From a virus (taxonomy: Duplodnaviria; Caudoviricetes), in the IMG/VR virus record IMGVR_UViG_3300020419_001132: a stretch of DNA of 64,000 nt; one strand, 5' to 3'. The notes below the pieces were generated by a model that had not been told where the DNA came from, ran no database searches, and worked only from the letters and a program-made list of their open reading frames with translations. This document shows positions 31,701 to 41,900 of this stretch, piece after piece. How positions within the stretch are numbered: position 1 is the first letter of the stretch; every line of letters starts with the position of its first letter. A program made the translations under genes and the position numbers.

Positions 31701-34284
31701 TAGAATCAATTCCTAATGCTACTGATCCATAATTTCCGTATGAGTTGTTACCGTTAGTAGCTCTTATCTTTCCGCCTGCTTCAGCTAAGTACCCCATGTG
31801 TGCATAATACGTAAACACAGAAACAAGTTCTGCTCTACCATTGTTAGTTATATGAGCTCCTAGGCCATCTGATATAACCTGTGTAAAGTCGTTTGATACC
31901 ATTGACTTGTTACCACCGTTATGCAAAGCACCGTCAATTTTTTGTCCTGTACATGCTGTACCGATTGTTGTTACACCCTGTATATAGGGTGATCTTGTAG
32001 CAATCCAAGTTCTGTCATCTGCAGGACCCCATCCTGGATCTAAACTACAGAATGATCCGCCTGTTGGCCTTTGGAGAATTAATGATGTTCCTGTTGGAGA
32101 TAGTACTCCTGACAATCCTTCTATAGTACAGTTTCTCAATCCTGTAATGTCTCTTAAGTAAAACATATCTTCTAGTTGTGAACCATTTGTTTGGTTTACA
32201 TAATATCTAGCAGACTGTACAGTTGCATAATTTCCAGGGTAGCGTAAGTCGTATCTAATTCCTCTAATAAATTGATTTACATCAGCTTCTATTCTTGCAT
32301 CTGTAAACACATACTCTGGAGAAGTGCTTTTAATGTAAGCTACTGCTTCTGCTTGTAAAAATTTTGTATTAACTCTTAGTATCTCACTTGCTCTAATTCT
32401 AGCAATTTCACTGGTTAATGTATTTGTTCCTGTTATTGATGGCTGTGTTGATCCACTTAAAATTTTATAACTAAGATACTCTGTAATATCTGCTACTAAA
32501 CTTCCAAATATAGCTGTTAAGTCACCTGTACTTGCAGATTGTGTTTTATCTTGTGCTACTGTATTACCTGTAGTTACTGTTATATCTTGATTTAAAAACA
32601 AATCGTTTATAATAGTTGTAAATCTAGTTAAGTAAGAAAATGTTGTTGAAGTATCTCCTGTATATTCAGTTACAGGACTATTTGCAACAACCGTCACAGA
32701 ACGCAGTTCGTCGCCCATTACCACCGTGTATCTAGGTACAACAATAGGACAAGTTTCTATATACCTACCTGTAGATACGTTAACCTTACATGGTCCTGTA
32801 ATATTATCTTCAACGTATTGACATGCAAACCTAATAGTTTTGAAAGGATATCTCATATCAATACCTCTTACTATTCCGCCAGTTGTGCTATAGTCGTCGA
32901 CTCCTGTTGGAGATACATATACTACTGTAACTTCTGTTGTAAATAAATCTCTATAGTATAAATCTGGATCAGTAGTCAATTCATTTCTTATAGATAACAC
33001 TTGATTTGTTGTTCCTATTGGAACATTGGTAGGACCCATGCTACTTCCATCAACCAACTTATCATATGTTAAGATGTCTCCAGGTGCGTTTAGACCAAAA
33101 TTTCCTGTAGTCATTGCTAGTATAGACCACCATGGATATCCGCTACCGTTTCCAGGAAAATTAATTGTTGATGAAGTATGCGGTTGTGTACACTCGTACA
33201 ATATACCATAATATGTTACAACTTCACCCTTTGAGTAACTTATAGAATTATAATTCCAGTAATTTGCAAATTTATCTCCTGGAACTATAAGTTCCCATTT
33301 AGTTGTATCTGTATAATCAGTTAAAACAGCATCTGTACTATCGTTTTCTCGCTTGATTGTAACTAGAGCTTTATATAATTCACCGCCTCTTCTTACAAGG
33401 TCACCTGGTGCATAATCGCTTTCAATATTCCAATCACCTCTAAAATTATAAGAATAAAGCATTTTTATAAAATACACTACACTATCGAACCCTGTATTAG
33501 TTGGTTCTATTCCTCTAATAGGATTAGTTACATAGTATAGATCTCCACCGTACCTTACTATATCACCTGTTGCATAATCTGTTGCTCCGCTATATTCTTG
33601 TACATCGTTGAATCCAGGTAATTCTATGTCGTATAAATTTTGGTCAAAATTTGCAGTTGTAATATGTGTTGTCTTGACTCTAAAGATGGAACCGCCAAAT
33701 TTGACTAAATCATTTTTTCTGTAAGTTGTAGCTGTTGTCCAGTTACCAGCAAAATAAATTCCATCATGAAATACTTGCCAACTTGCAATATCGTCTTCTA
33801 AGTATGTTTGCGAAGTATGGGCTGTAATACACTTGTAAAGTATTCCATTATATTTTACAATAGCACCTGGGCCGTATCCTATAGCAGTTGTCCAGTCTGT
33901 TTGAAACTCAGTTCCTTGTGCAATAATAGTCCAGTCAGTTGCGTTTGCTTGAAAAGTTGTAGATAAATGCCCTAGGTTACAAAAGTATACAGTACCATCA
34001 AAGGTTACAATATCGCCTTCTTGATACTGTGTAGCTGTGACCCATGATCCAATCCATCTTCTGCCGTCTGTCTGTAGAACCCATTTGGGCTGTGGTACCG
34101 GAGGACTACTACCAGGAACTGTAGCTTTTAAATCAGTGTTGAAGTCTGCACTAGATGTATGTGTAATTAAACACACATAAGTTTTACCACCTACGTTAAC
34201 AACATCATCACGATTATAAGCATTACCGTTTGACCAAACGCCTTTCCAGTTATACTTAAATCGTTCTAGTTTAAACTCTGACAT
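28738..34284 (-). CDS. Giant virion fibre protein (1848 aa), paralog of 19994..28690
   Basis: MSEFKLERF vs MAEFKLGRI; same repeats and core (SLDPGWGPADDRTWI, GGNKSMVSNDFTQVISDG, TSTDQDGNFRAG). Confidence 0.85.
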   Translation of the reverse strand: MSEFKLERFKYNWKGVWSNGNAYNRDDVVNVGGKTYVCLITHTSSADFNTDLKATVPGSSPPVPQPKWVLQTDGRRWIGSWVTATQYQEGDIVTFDGTVYFCNLGHLSTTFQANATDWTIIAQGTEFQTDWTTAIGYGPGAIVKYNGILYKCITAHTSQTYLEDDIASWQVFHDGIYFAGNWTTATTYRKNDLVKFGGSIFRVKTTHITTANFDQNLYDIELPGFNDVQEYSGATDYATGDIVRYGGDLYYVTNPIRGIEPTNTGFDSVVYFIKMLYSYNFRGDWNIESDYAPGDLVRRGGELYKALVTIKRENDSTDAVLTDYTDTTKWELIVPGDKFANYWNYNSISYSKGEVVTYYGILYECTQPHTSSTINFPGNGSGYPWWSILAMTTGNFGLNAPGDILTYDKLVDGSSMGPTNVPIGTTNQVLSIRNELTTDPDLYYRDLFTTEVTVVYVSPTGVDDYSTTGGIVRGIDMRYPFKTIRFACQYVEDNITGPCKVNVSTGRYIETCPIVVPRYTVVMGDELRSVTVVANSPVTEYTGDTSTTFSYLTRFTTIINDLFLNQDITVTTGNTVAQDKTQSASTGDLTAIFGSLVADITEYLSYKILSGSTQPSITGTNTLTSEIARIRASEILRVNTKFLQAEAVAYIKSTSPEYVFTDARIEADVNQFIRGIRYDLRYPGNYATVQSARYYVNQTNGSQLEDMFYLRDITGLRNCTIEGLSGVLSPTGTSLILQRPTGGSFCSLDPGWGPADDRTWIATRSPYIQGVTTIGTACTGQKIDGALHNGGNKSMVSNDFTQVISDGLGAHITNNGRAELVSVFTYYAHMGYLAEAGGKIRATNGNNSYGNYGSVALGIDSTETPKTATVDNRNNEAEVAFAFAGEVTDKILAFEYRHCGENYTSASINVVGSGNFVNTSFDDIRDDSLFEARLIQADDSANIGGANYTNVGNNAQTGNTTSITLASNDSAVTADYIGQLIVLTSGVGTGQYGYIQAYNDSTKVAQIYKHTDGTAGWDHIIPGFEISASLQTNTQYRIQPRITVSEPPFTVNTRTLPNSMPTSPKEWVDAAWGETREQYDNNVMSTGTGTTIDTTPAPAVIRIIKTGATYTAVLQSTGIGYAVGDTTTIAGTALGGTSPTNDCIIRVASVSDDSTNSIVTVTVQGSGFAGRWLAVAEGNYSAYSDDGTSWSEIFTASTQTWKTIAHGGTTFVAISNTVTDVINYSRTGKTWAVTTLPSSAPLKDIHYANGQFIIVCEDDNRVFYSANGTTWAQTSIPASTSDDLSSSSKQWQGVSYGYGKWVALSGSDRAIATSSDGITWTVTEDKLPTPGGAYDWCNLTFGNGRFVAVSKNTGQAIYCIGDPVTETWQTSNMPNLDDSTHMNWNKVRYGNGVFFAVCDTGNRIIAGDATTGPTTIAASSPDGYTWTKRDLTFSNKFSSCAYGKYNKNWLVLAKGGNTALAVGQGAKAKVIANISTGVIGFLKIWDPGSGYTSAPTLTIFDNKGTTDAQVQMRIGDGVLAQPTFINRGIGYRTSTTTVTLTGDGYADKIPSNSTDLTVVGLSGAYPGPGAQISITGVMNTDTTEDLTDLRAFTAVKVTELGDDGSGNGTKRVLFRISPKLENSDNLAHGTAVSIRELYSQCRISGHDLLDIGSGNFTQTNYPELYVAGNVYDVYPENETYEDDGGRVFYTSTDQDGNFRAGELFSVEQGTGIVTISADFFDLDGLSELALGGVRLGGSGTVVREFSTDPLFIEDSNNIVPTQKAVVTFLATRLSEGGSEIETNDLTAGLVKIGGENDIIQHTGDGGLVSGTVPGTAFEIQFPKTTNFAGQYAGVTGMPLAMRLFLKED

Positions 34285-34294
34285 TCATATCTCC

Positions 34295-34669
34295 TTAGTA
34301 TCCCGGTGCCGATGTGCCTGTAGGATATGTATGTTTTTCACTAACTTTTAATACTAGATATCCTTCATCATCAACATAATAAAGTAAAGATCTATTATCC
34401 CATTTTAATTGTTGATATCTTAAATTATCATACACAATATCGTGCGTTTCGTTAATCCCATCTAAGTAACTAATACCTTCTTCAAAATCTGGAAAGTTTC
34501 CTGATGCTTCACCTACTTCGTTAATTGTAATTGCATCAGATCCACCTTTTTGCTGATCTGATTTTAACAAAAATAACTCACCATCTGTATTCCTACGCAT
34601 TCCGTAAAAATAACGTTTAATAAAACTATTAATAACGTCTGCTGGTCCTGTTCCTATATAATAACTCAT
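34295..34669 (-). CDS. Hypothetical virion-module protein (124 aa)
   Basis: Coupled ORF with GGAG RBS within the structural operon. Confidence 0.7.
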   Translation of the reverse strand: MSYYIGTGPADVINSFIKRYFYGMRRNTDGELFLLKSDQQKGGSDAITINEVGEASGNFPDFEEGISYLDGINETHDIVYDNLRYQQLKWDNRSLLYYVDDEGYLVLKVSEKHTYPTGTSAPGY

Positions 34670-34998
34670 TATGTTGTCTCCACGTAACTAACAATTACAT
34701 CAACAGCATCGTCTGCACTTGCTTTTACTTTTAATTTATTATTGATTCCTAAAACCAATTTTTCTCCTGTAGAAACTGCTCTTAAACTTGATCCTTCAGC
34801 TAATAGAGCTTCTTTTAAATAGTAACCTGATACAGAAGTGTCATCATCTAAAAGAACATCAATATATAAAAACCCGTCTGTAAGGTTAGTAATACTTAGT
34901 CCTAGTATGGTTTGACGCTTACTAGCATCGGTTTCAGAAACAATTACTGGAACTGTTCCTACATTTTTTATTACGCTGTTTTTTACTTGTACTGCCAT
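34669..34998 (-). CDS. Small beta-rich virion protein (paralog set)
   Basis: LSITN...EKLVL...VIVSYVE. Confidence 0.7.
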   Translation of the reverse strand: MAVQVKNSVIKNVGTVPVIVSETDASKRQTILGLSITNLTDGFLYIDVLLDDDTSVSGYYLKEALLAEGSSLRAVSTGEKLVLGINNKLKVKASADDAVDVIVSYVETT

Positions 34999-35001
34999 TT
35001 T

Positions 35002-38000
35002 TTATCCTGCTATCAAAGCCATTTCTATTGCTAATTCTTTTGCTTGTCCAAAGTTAATTCCGCCTGCACTACCTGCAACACTTGTCCAACTTGTTCCGTC
35101 ATATAATTCAACTCTTGTATCATCAGTATTATATCTTATCATTCCTGTTGCATTGGCTCCTCTAGAGCCTGTATCTCCTACAGGTAAAACAACTCCTAAA
35201 GTTCCTTGAAATTGCACATATCCTGTGCCTGTATTTTGGAAAGTAGTTAAACTATCTGTCACCGTATTTGTTATAGTTCCGCCACTAATACCAAAATTTT
35301 CAAATTTTACCTGGCCTGTGCCATTAGCAGAAAACTGAAGATCTGTATCTGTAGTAGTAGTACTTATCACATTTCCATTAATATTAATATCGTCTACTTG
35401 TAGCTGTGGTACTTCAAACTTGGTGCTATCTATAGTTCCAACTACTGAGCCACCTACATAAAATCTTATAATATTATCATTAGCGCCTGGTGTAAGCTCT
35501 GGAGTAATCTTAGTATTACCGTCTAGGTCCTGTAAACCTGTTAAGTTATACCAATTAGATCCATCGTAGCCTTCAAATTTATTTAAATCTGTATTATATC
35601 TAACTTGTCCTGCTCCTGCACTATTGTCTCTCTGTGCAGTAGTTCCTTTTGCTAGTGTTACAGAACCTGTGCCATTTACTATAATACTCTCTCCAGCGGG
35701 AGACAAAGTAATAGTAGTATCAGAACTTATTGTACTACCGTTAATGGATAAATCTTCTACAACAACACTACCTGAACCAGATGCTCTCAGGTCTAAGTCG
35801 CTGTTAGAAGTTGTCGTTGTAATGTAGTTGTCTTTAATTAAAATATCAGTTGTAGCAAATTCAATACCAGTAATTGTACTAGATGTTTGGAAATTGTTTG
35901 CAGTAATAGTTCCGTTAATTTGCAAATCTTTAGTTATGAGGACATCGTTTGAGGGAACTCCAATAACACCCGTACCACTTGCTTTTAATTCTAAAGGAGA
36001 ATTACTAGCAGTTGTTGTAATAAAGTTACCTGATATTAGAATATCTTCAAGTTGAACATTGGCGTTGGTTGATAGTGTTCCGTTTACAGTGGCGTTACCG
36101 TTAACAGTTGTGTTTCCTGTCTGTGTAATAGAACCATTAATTGTTGCGTTACCATTTATATTTACTGCTTGAAATGTTGATGTTCCATTAACAATTAGAT
36201 CATTTGTTATTTCTAATGTGTTATTTGGTACAGTAACTTTGCCTGTTCCATTAGCAGATAATTCTAAATTTGCATTTGAATTTGTAGTTGTAATTCTATT
36301 TGTGTTAATATTAATATCGTCAACTTGAATTTCGTCTATGTGTAAATTATTCCATCTTAATGCAGGATCTCCTAAATTATATGTGCTATTGATATTAGGA
36401 ATCAAAGGAGAATTTATCCTTGCAATAATAGCAATGTCTACAGAAGAAGTATCACCTAATTGTATGTCACCGCCAATGGTTACGTTACCTGTAACATCTA
36501 AAGATCCTTGAATTTGTACATTGTCTTGCAAGGTAATTTGGCCTGATGCGGCATCAAGTTGTAAGTCTCCAGCTGTAGTCGATAGTGTATTTCCAGTTAA
36601 TCTTAAATTTCCTGTATCAATTTTGGATCCAGATATTTCTGTTGTGTTAACACCATCCGTAAATATAGCTCCTGCTGACAGATCAATGTTTAATGTGTTA
36701 CCTGCAAAGTTTACAGCACCTGTTTCTTGGTTGACATGAAACAAATCTCCTACTCTAAAGTCTCCTTTATGGTCTACACTACTGAACCTTATCTTTGCAT
36801 CATTAGTTGTAATTACTTCATTACCTTGTACTGTTAGTGTAGGATCATTAGTGACTTGCTCATTAGAGCCTACGTATGCAACATTATGTCCTATTGCATA
36901 AACAAGAACACCCGGTCCGTCTCCTACTAATCCTTGCTCACCGTATACAGAGGCAGATGCAATAGTTCTTATTTCTGCGCCAAAGTCTTTAACATCAACA
37001 TTTAATATAGTAGTTGCTGTTGCTCCGCTTCCATTTGAAATACTCTGCGGCGATGTATCAAATCCTATTAGATTAGTATTCTTGCCATCAACAACTAGAA
37101 TATCTCCGTCTACGCTTTCAGCAGTTACTGAAACTACAGTTGAAGCATCTCTAGATGTGAATGTAACAGTATTTCCTGCGGCAAATGTTCCTGATACTCC
37201 GCCTAATCTAATCCTAGTTTTTCCGTCAGATTTTTTTCCTATACCACTGTCAAATGCATATATGCTTCTTTTTGCAAAATATGTAAAACAGTTTAACCAT
37301 TCTACCCTTGCACCATTAGTACAACTTAAAGCATTTACTCCTGGTGTAATAAAAGTTACAGAATGGAATAACATACTAGCTTCTTTGGAAGCACTTTCTG
37401 CGTAAGATCCGTCAACCAATGCACCTTTACCTGCATCACCACTAAAGTAACCTCTTGGATCACTAGCTGATACAGTTCTGCCTTTAGTTATTACAGTAAT
37501 GTTTCTAATATATGGTGAACGACTAGTTACTGTATAACCTGTTGCAAACCTAAATGCATAACCGTTGTTAGGATAAGTTTTATTTGTACCACTACAACTA
37601 AAAACAAATCCTTTTAGCATAATCGCCGTTCCGGATGTAGGAACAGTACCACTATAAGTTATAGTTAATTCTCCTGTAGCATTATTGTATGTTGCTCCTG
37701 TTGCACTAACTTCGCTTGAAAAAGAAGTATCATTAAGTACACCGCCACTTACATATGCATGTGCCTGTGGTGCTGTTGCTAAAGTAACTACAACACTTCC
37801 GGTTGATCCTCCTCCTGATGTTACAGTAAATCTATCATAACCACTGTAAAAATCCATGATGGTTACATCTTCAACTGTGCTTTCTCCGTTTAATAAAAAT
37901 GCATCTTTTGTTTCTGTAGCACTTGTAGGTTTGATTGTAACACTTCTTAAACTTGCACCTCTAACTGTTACACCAACCGGTACAGTCATTGGAAAAGCTT

Positions 38001-38805
38001 CTGTATATGTACCAGCGTTTATGTAAATCATATCTCCACTTACGGCAACGCTTAGTGCTTTTGTAATTGAACCATATGGATCTTGTGGATGTATACCTAT
38101 GTTTGAATCAGCACCATTTTCGGCTACGTAAATTGTATTTCCTGGTGCTTGTGTAATATCAGGTATACCTGATAATGCTAACGAACTAGTAGTTACGCTA
38201 TCAGCATTAAAGTTTTTTACATATGCATTTCTCCATCTTTTTGATACTGAACCTATGTCAAAAGATGTAGTTGCGTTAGGCGTAAGATTACTAGCAATAT
38301 CTGCATTAAAAGTGATAGTGTCTGTATCAGCATCTCCTAATACAATGTCGCCATCTGCAGATATATTTCCTGTAGCATGTATATTACCTGTTACGTTTAG
38401 GTTGGAATTAATATTAATGGCGCCTACGCCATTTGGTCTAAAGTTTAAATTAGCATTACTATCTATTGTGCTAATTGTATCTCCGTCAAACTTTAGTCCG
38501 TCAACAATAGCTTTTTTTTGATACACTACATTATCTGCTGTGCCTAAAACTAGTTCATTTTTTGATGTTTGAATTGTGTTACCGTTTATGTTGACATCTG
38601 CTATATCAACTCCGCTTGTAACTACTAAATTTGTTGTTCTTGTGGTCCCGCTTACATCTAGTGCATATTGTGGATTTGAGGTGTTGATGCCAATACGTTT
38701 GTTATTGACGTCCAAGTAAAGTAAGTCCGTATCAAAAGCTAAATCAATCCCGTTACGGATTAAGTTAGGTTTTAAGAGCGGACCAGATATTCGACCAACT
38801 GCCAT
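35002..38805 (-). CDS. Large fibre/baseplate-appendage protein (1267 aa)
   Basis: MAVGRISGPLL; IYVAENGAD, RSPYIRNIT beta-helix core; repeated ITTTxSNxxLxLxAxGxG units; C-terminal GQVRYNTDLNKFEGYDG modules. Confidence 0.85.
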   Translation of the reverse strand: MAVGRISGPLLKPNLIRNGIDLAFDTDLLYLDVNNKRIGINTSNPQYALDVSGTTRTTNLVVTSGVDIADVNINGNTIQTSKNELVLGTADNVVYQKKAIVDGLKFDGDTISTIDSNANLNFRPNGVGAININSNLNVTGNIHATGNISADGDIVLGDADTDTITFNADIASNLTPNATTSFDIGSVSKRWRNAYVKNFNADSVTTSSLALSGIPDITQAPGNTIYVAENGADSNIGIHPQDPYGSITKALSVAVSGDMIYINAGTYTEAFPMTVPVGVTVRGASLRSVTIKPTSATETKDAFLLNGESTVEDVTIMDFYSGYDRFTVTSGGGSTGSVVVTLATAPQAHAYVSGGVLNDTSFSSEVSATGATYNNATGELTITYSGTVPTSGTAIMLKGFVFSCSGTNKTYPNNGYAFRFATGYTVTSRSPYIRNITVITKGRTVSASDPRGYFSGDAGKGALVDGSYAESASKEASMLFHSVTFITPGVNALSCTNGARVEWLNCFTYFAKRSIYAFDSGIGKKSDGKTRIRLGGVSGTFAAGNTVTFTSRDASTVVSVTAESVDGDILVVDGKNTNLIGFDTSPQSISNGSGATATTILNVDVKDFGAEIRTIASASVYGEQGLVGDGPGVLVYAIGHNVAYVGSNEQVTNDPTLTVQGNEVITTNDAKIRFSSVDHKGDFRVGDLFHVNQETGAVNFAGNTLNIDLSAGAIFTDGVNTTEISGSKIDTGNLRLTGNTLSTTAGDLQLDAASGQITLQDNVQIQGSLDVTGNVTIGGDIQLGDTSSVDIAIIARINSPLIPNINSTYNLGDPALRWNNLHIDEIQVDDININTNRITTTNSNANLELSANGTGKVTVPNNTLEITNDLIVNGTSTFQAVNINGNATINGSITQTGNTTVNGNATVNGTLSTNANVQLEDILISGNFITTTASNSPLELKASGTGVIGVPSNDVLITKDLQINGTITANNFQTSSTITGIEFATTDILIKDNYITTTTSNSDLDLRASGSGSVVVEDLSINGSTISSDTTITLSPAGESIIVNGTGSVTLAKGTTAQRDNSAGAGQVRYNTDLNKFEGYDGSNWYNLTGLQDLDGNTKITPELTPGANDNIIRFYVGGSVVGTIDSTKFEVPQLQVDDININGNVISTTTTDTDLQFSANGTGQVKFENFGISGGTITNTVTDSLTTFQNTGTGYVQFQGTLGVVLPVGDTGSRGANATGMIRYNTDDTRVELYDGTSWTSVAGSAGGINFGQAKELAIEMALIAG

Positions 38806-38920
38806 CTCTTCTCCTTAAGCGGGGATCCTGTCCCTCCAGTCTGATTTTCAGCTAATGCTCTTTGCCGACTGACCACAGTTTGGACTGCCAGTAATTGGTC
38901 AATTATCATGGCATTAACAT
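38806..38920 (-). promoter_or_regulatory. Structured ~110-nt 5' leader between a late promoter motif (GATAAATA, 38921-38928) and the 1267-aa gene
   Basis: Hairpin GCCA..UAAUU GACC AAUUA.UGGC (38887-38912), CAGUC/GACUG, CUGA-AAA-UCAG and GGGA-CAGGA-UCCC just 5' of the AAGGAG RBS; GC-richer than its surroundings. Confidence 0.55.
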
Positions 38921-38950
38921 TATTTATCGTTTTATGTGATATAGGGTCTA

Positions 38951-41900
38951 TTACCCAAAGATAAGCGTCTGTTCGAAGTTGATATCTTCAGCATCATTTA
39001 GTGGAACTGTTTCAATAAAACCTGCTGAATTTTCCCATACAGAACCAGTATAAACTTCCATTCTTGAAAGCGTTGTGTTAAATCTCAACTGTCCTTGTGT
39101 TGATGGATTACCTAGGTTCTCTGGACGCTGAGCTGTTGTCCCTACAGGAATTACAATACCTGTACTACCGCCAAACTGTGAATAACCCTCTCCTGTAGAT
39201 GCAAAAGAAATATTTCCGTCTGATGCTGTGTTGATAAATTTGTTATCCTCAAATTTCATCACAGTACCTACAAAAATATTGCCGTTTCCGTTTGGTTTAA
39301 GTTCTAAGTCTGAGTTTGAAACTACTGTGGTAATTGTGTTCCCGTTAACAAGTGTTTCTCCATCTGTTTGTAAGCCGTTGTGACTGAATTTAGTTGCATC
39401 TATTGTTCCAGAAGATACGCTATTAATAGTAATATCAATTTGATCTGATGTAGGATGTACTAATAGTTTTGTAGTTCTGTTATCAGAATATAATCCATTA
39501 AAGCCTTCCCAGCCTGTAGAATATGCTTCGAAAATACTATCTGTTGTGTTATACCTAAATTGTCCTGCTGTTGCTGTGCCCCTTTCTGCTGTAGTACCAC
39601 GTGGAATACGTATGCTTTTATTTGCAGATGATACATCAACATGTGGTGCTGAAAATGTAATATTCTCAGTTGGATATAAAGGTGCATTAGTCAAATTGGT
39701 GCCATCAAATTTTAATTTTTGTGCTATAACTGATTTGCCTGGATATGGTCTAAGTTCTAAATTGCTGTTTGAGTTGCTGGTTTCAATAACATTTTGATAA
39801 AGTTGCAGATCACCAGTAGTAAAGTCAGCAGTAACTCTAGTAAAATTACTTGCTCCAATCTTAAGTGTTCCGTTAACTGTTGCATTGTTATTGAAGTTTG
39901 TATTATTAGAAAATAATATATTACCTGTTCCACTTGCACGTAATTCTAAATCTGCATTGGAATCTGTAGTTCTAATATTGTTCATATCAAATGTAATTGA
40001 ATCAAATGATATTGGTCCGTTAATAGACATTGTTGTTGCAGTTAAATCATTAAATATATAATTTTGATTAACAATAATATCGCCTGTAGTAGTAATACCT
40101 TGTGTACTAAAATTATTAAAAGTCATGGTGCCAGTAGGTGGTGTAGACATTTCCTTAACTTCTAATGTATTGCCAGGAACTATAACTTTGCCTGATCCGT
40201 TTGCAACTAATTCTAAATCAGCATTTGAAACCACAGTCGAAATTTTTGTGTCTACCATGTTTATATCAGCTACATTAATTTGAGAAAAATATCCTTCTTT
40301 CCATTTTAATGCATTTGTTCCTAGGTCGTGTGTTCCACTTACTGAAGGATTTAAATCACTACCAATATTTGCTCCTAATACAAGTGTGTTACCTATTTGT
40401 TCTCCTATGTAAGCAAATCCACCACCAATGGAAATTCCTTGATCTAAAACAAAATTCTGCGTCATGTTAACATTATCTAGAAACTTTATCATATTCATGT
40501 TAGAATAGCTGTTTAAATTTAGATCCAAGTTTACTGTTTCTAATGTTTGTCCTTTGAGTCTAAAATCTCCAACTTCTATTCTGTCAGGATATAATTCTGT
40601 AGAATTTCCACCGGTTGTCAATATCAAAGAATTTAAATTGGCAAATTCTGCTGAGGATAAATTTAGGCTTGTTGTTCCGTCTTCTTGATTGACGTGAAAA
40701 ACATCTCCTACTCTAAAATTACCTGAATGATCTTGTGAACTAAAAAATACTTTAGCAGAATTAGCCTTTACTACTTCCTGAGATTGTATTGCTCTGCTAG
40801 GGTCGTTGTCGACAAATTTTCCTGCGCCTATATATGCAAGATTATGATTAATTGCATAAATTAAAACATCTGCACCATCACCTTTTATGCCTGTGTTTCC
40901 ATACACACATGCACTTGCAATACTTCTTAATTCTGCTCCATACTTTGTTGTGCTTCCGTCTGATGATAAATGTCCTGTACTGCCATTTTTACAATGTATG
41001 CCTATATTTGCAAAATATGTAAAGCAATTTAACCATTCAACACGCACACCGTTGGTGCATGTTAATGCATCTACTCCTGGTGTTATAAATGTTACTGAAT
41101 GGAACAACATACTTGCTTCTTCACTGGTATTAAGAACTGCCGCACCGTCTACCAATGCACCTCTACCAGCATCTCCACTTGCAAAGCCTCTTGGATCACT
41201 TGCACTTGTAGTTGTTCCTTGTGTTATCACTGTAATATTTTGTATATACGGACTTCTTGTTGTTATTGTAGAGTTGGGTGCAAATCTAAAAGCATAACCA
41301 GTATCTCCTGAACTATCATAGTAAAAATCTTTGACTGTTAAATTTTGTACTGTAGTTTCACCTGTTAAATGAAATACATCATTACTCTGATATGCACTTT
41401 CTGGTCTAACAGTTGTGTTACGCATGTCTTCACCTGTAATTGTAACATTACTTGGAACAACAAGTGGAGTCACCTCTTCATAACCTCCTGCAAATACTCT
41501 AATAGTAACTGGTCCAGCAGTACTAGCATCTGCGGCATCTAAAGCACGTTTTATTGTTTTGAAAGGCCCATACGGTGTTGTTCCCGAATTGGTGTCGTTT
41601 CCATTATGCTGTGCTACGTAAAATGTATTTCCAACATCTAATCCTATATTCTGAATTGTATTTCCAGGAGGAGATGTATCGTAAAACATCATGTATCCAC
41701 CCGGTTTAGTTGTTTGGTTTGTCCTACCCCCTTCTGACATTGCAAATATATGATTGCCGTCTATTCTAACTCTAGCACCAAAATTTTCTGAGAAAAAATA
41801 TGAACTTATACGGGTACTTGATGTACCAGTGCCTGCATAAGTCTGTAGTCCTGATTGATACCATGCGGCTGGACTTCTACTTAATAAATCACCTGTACTG

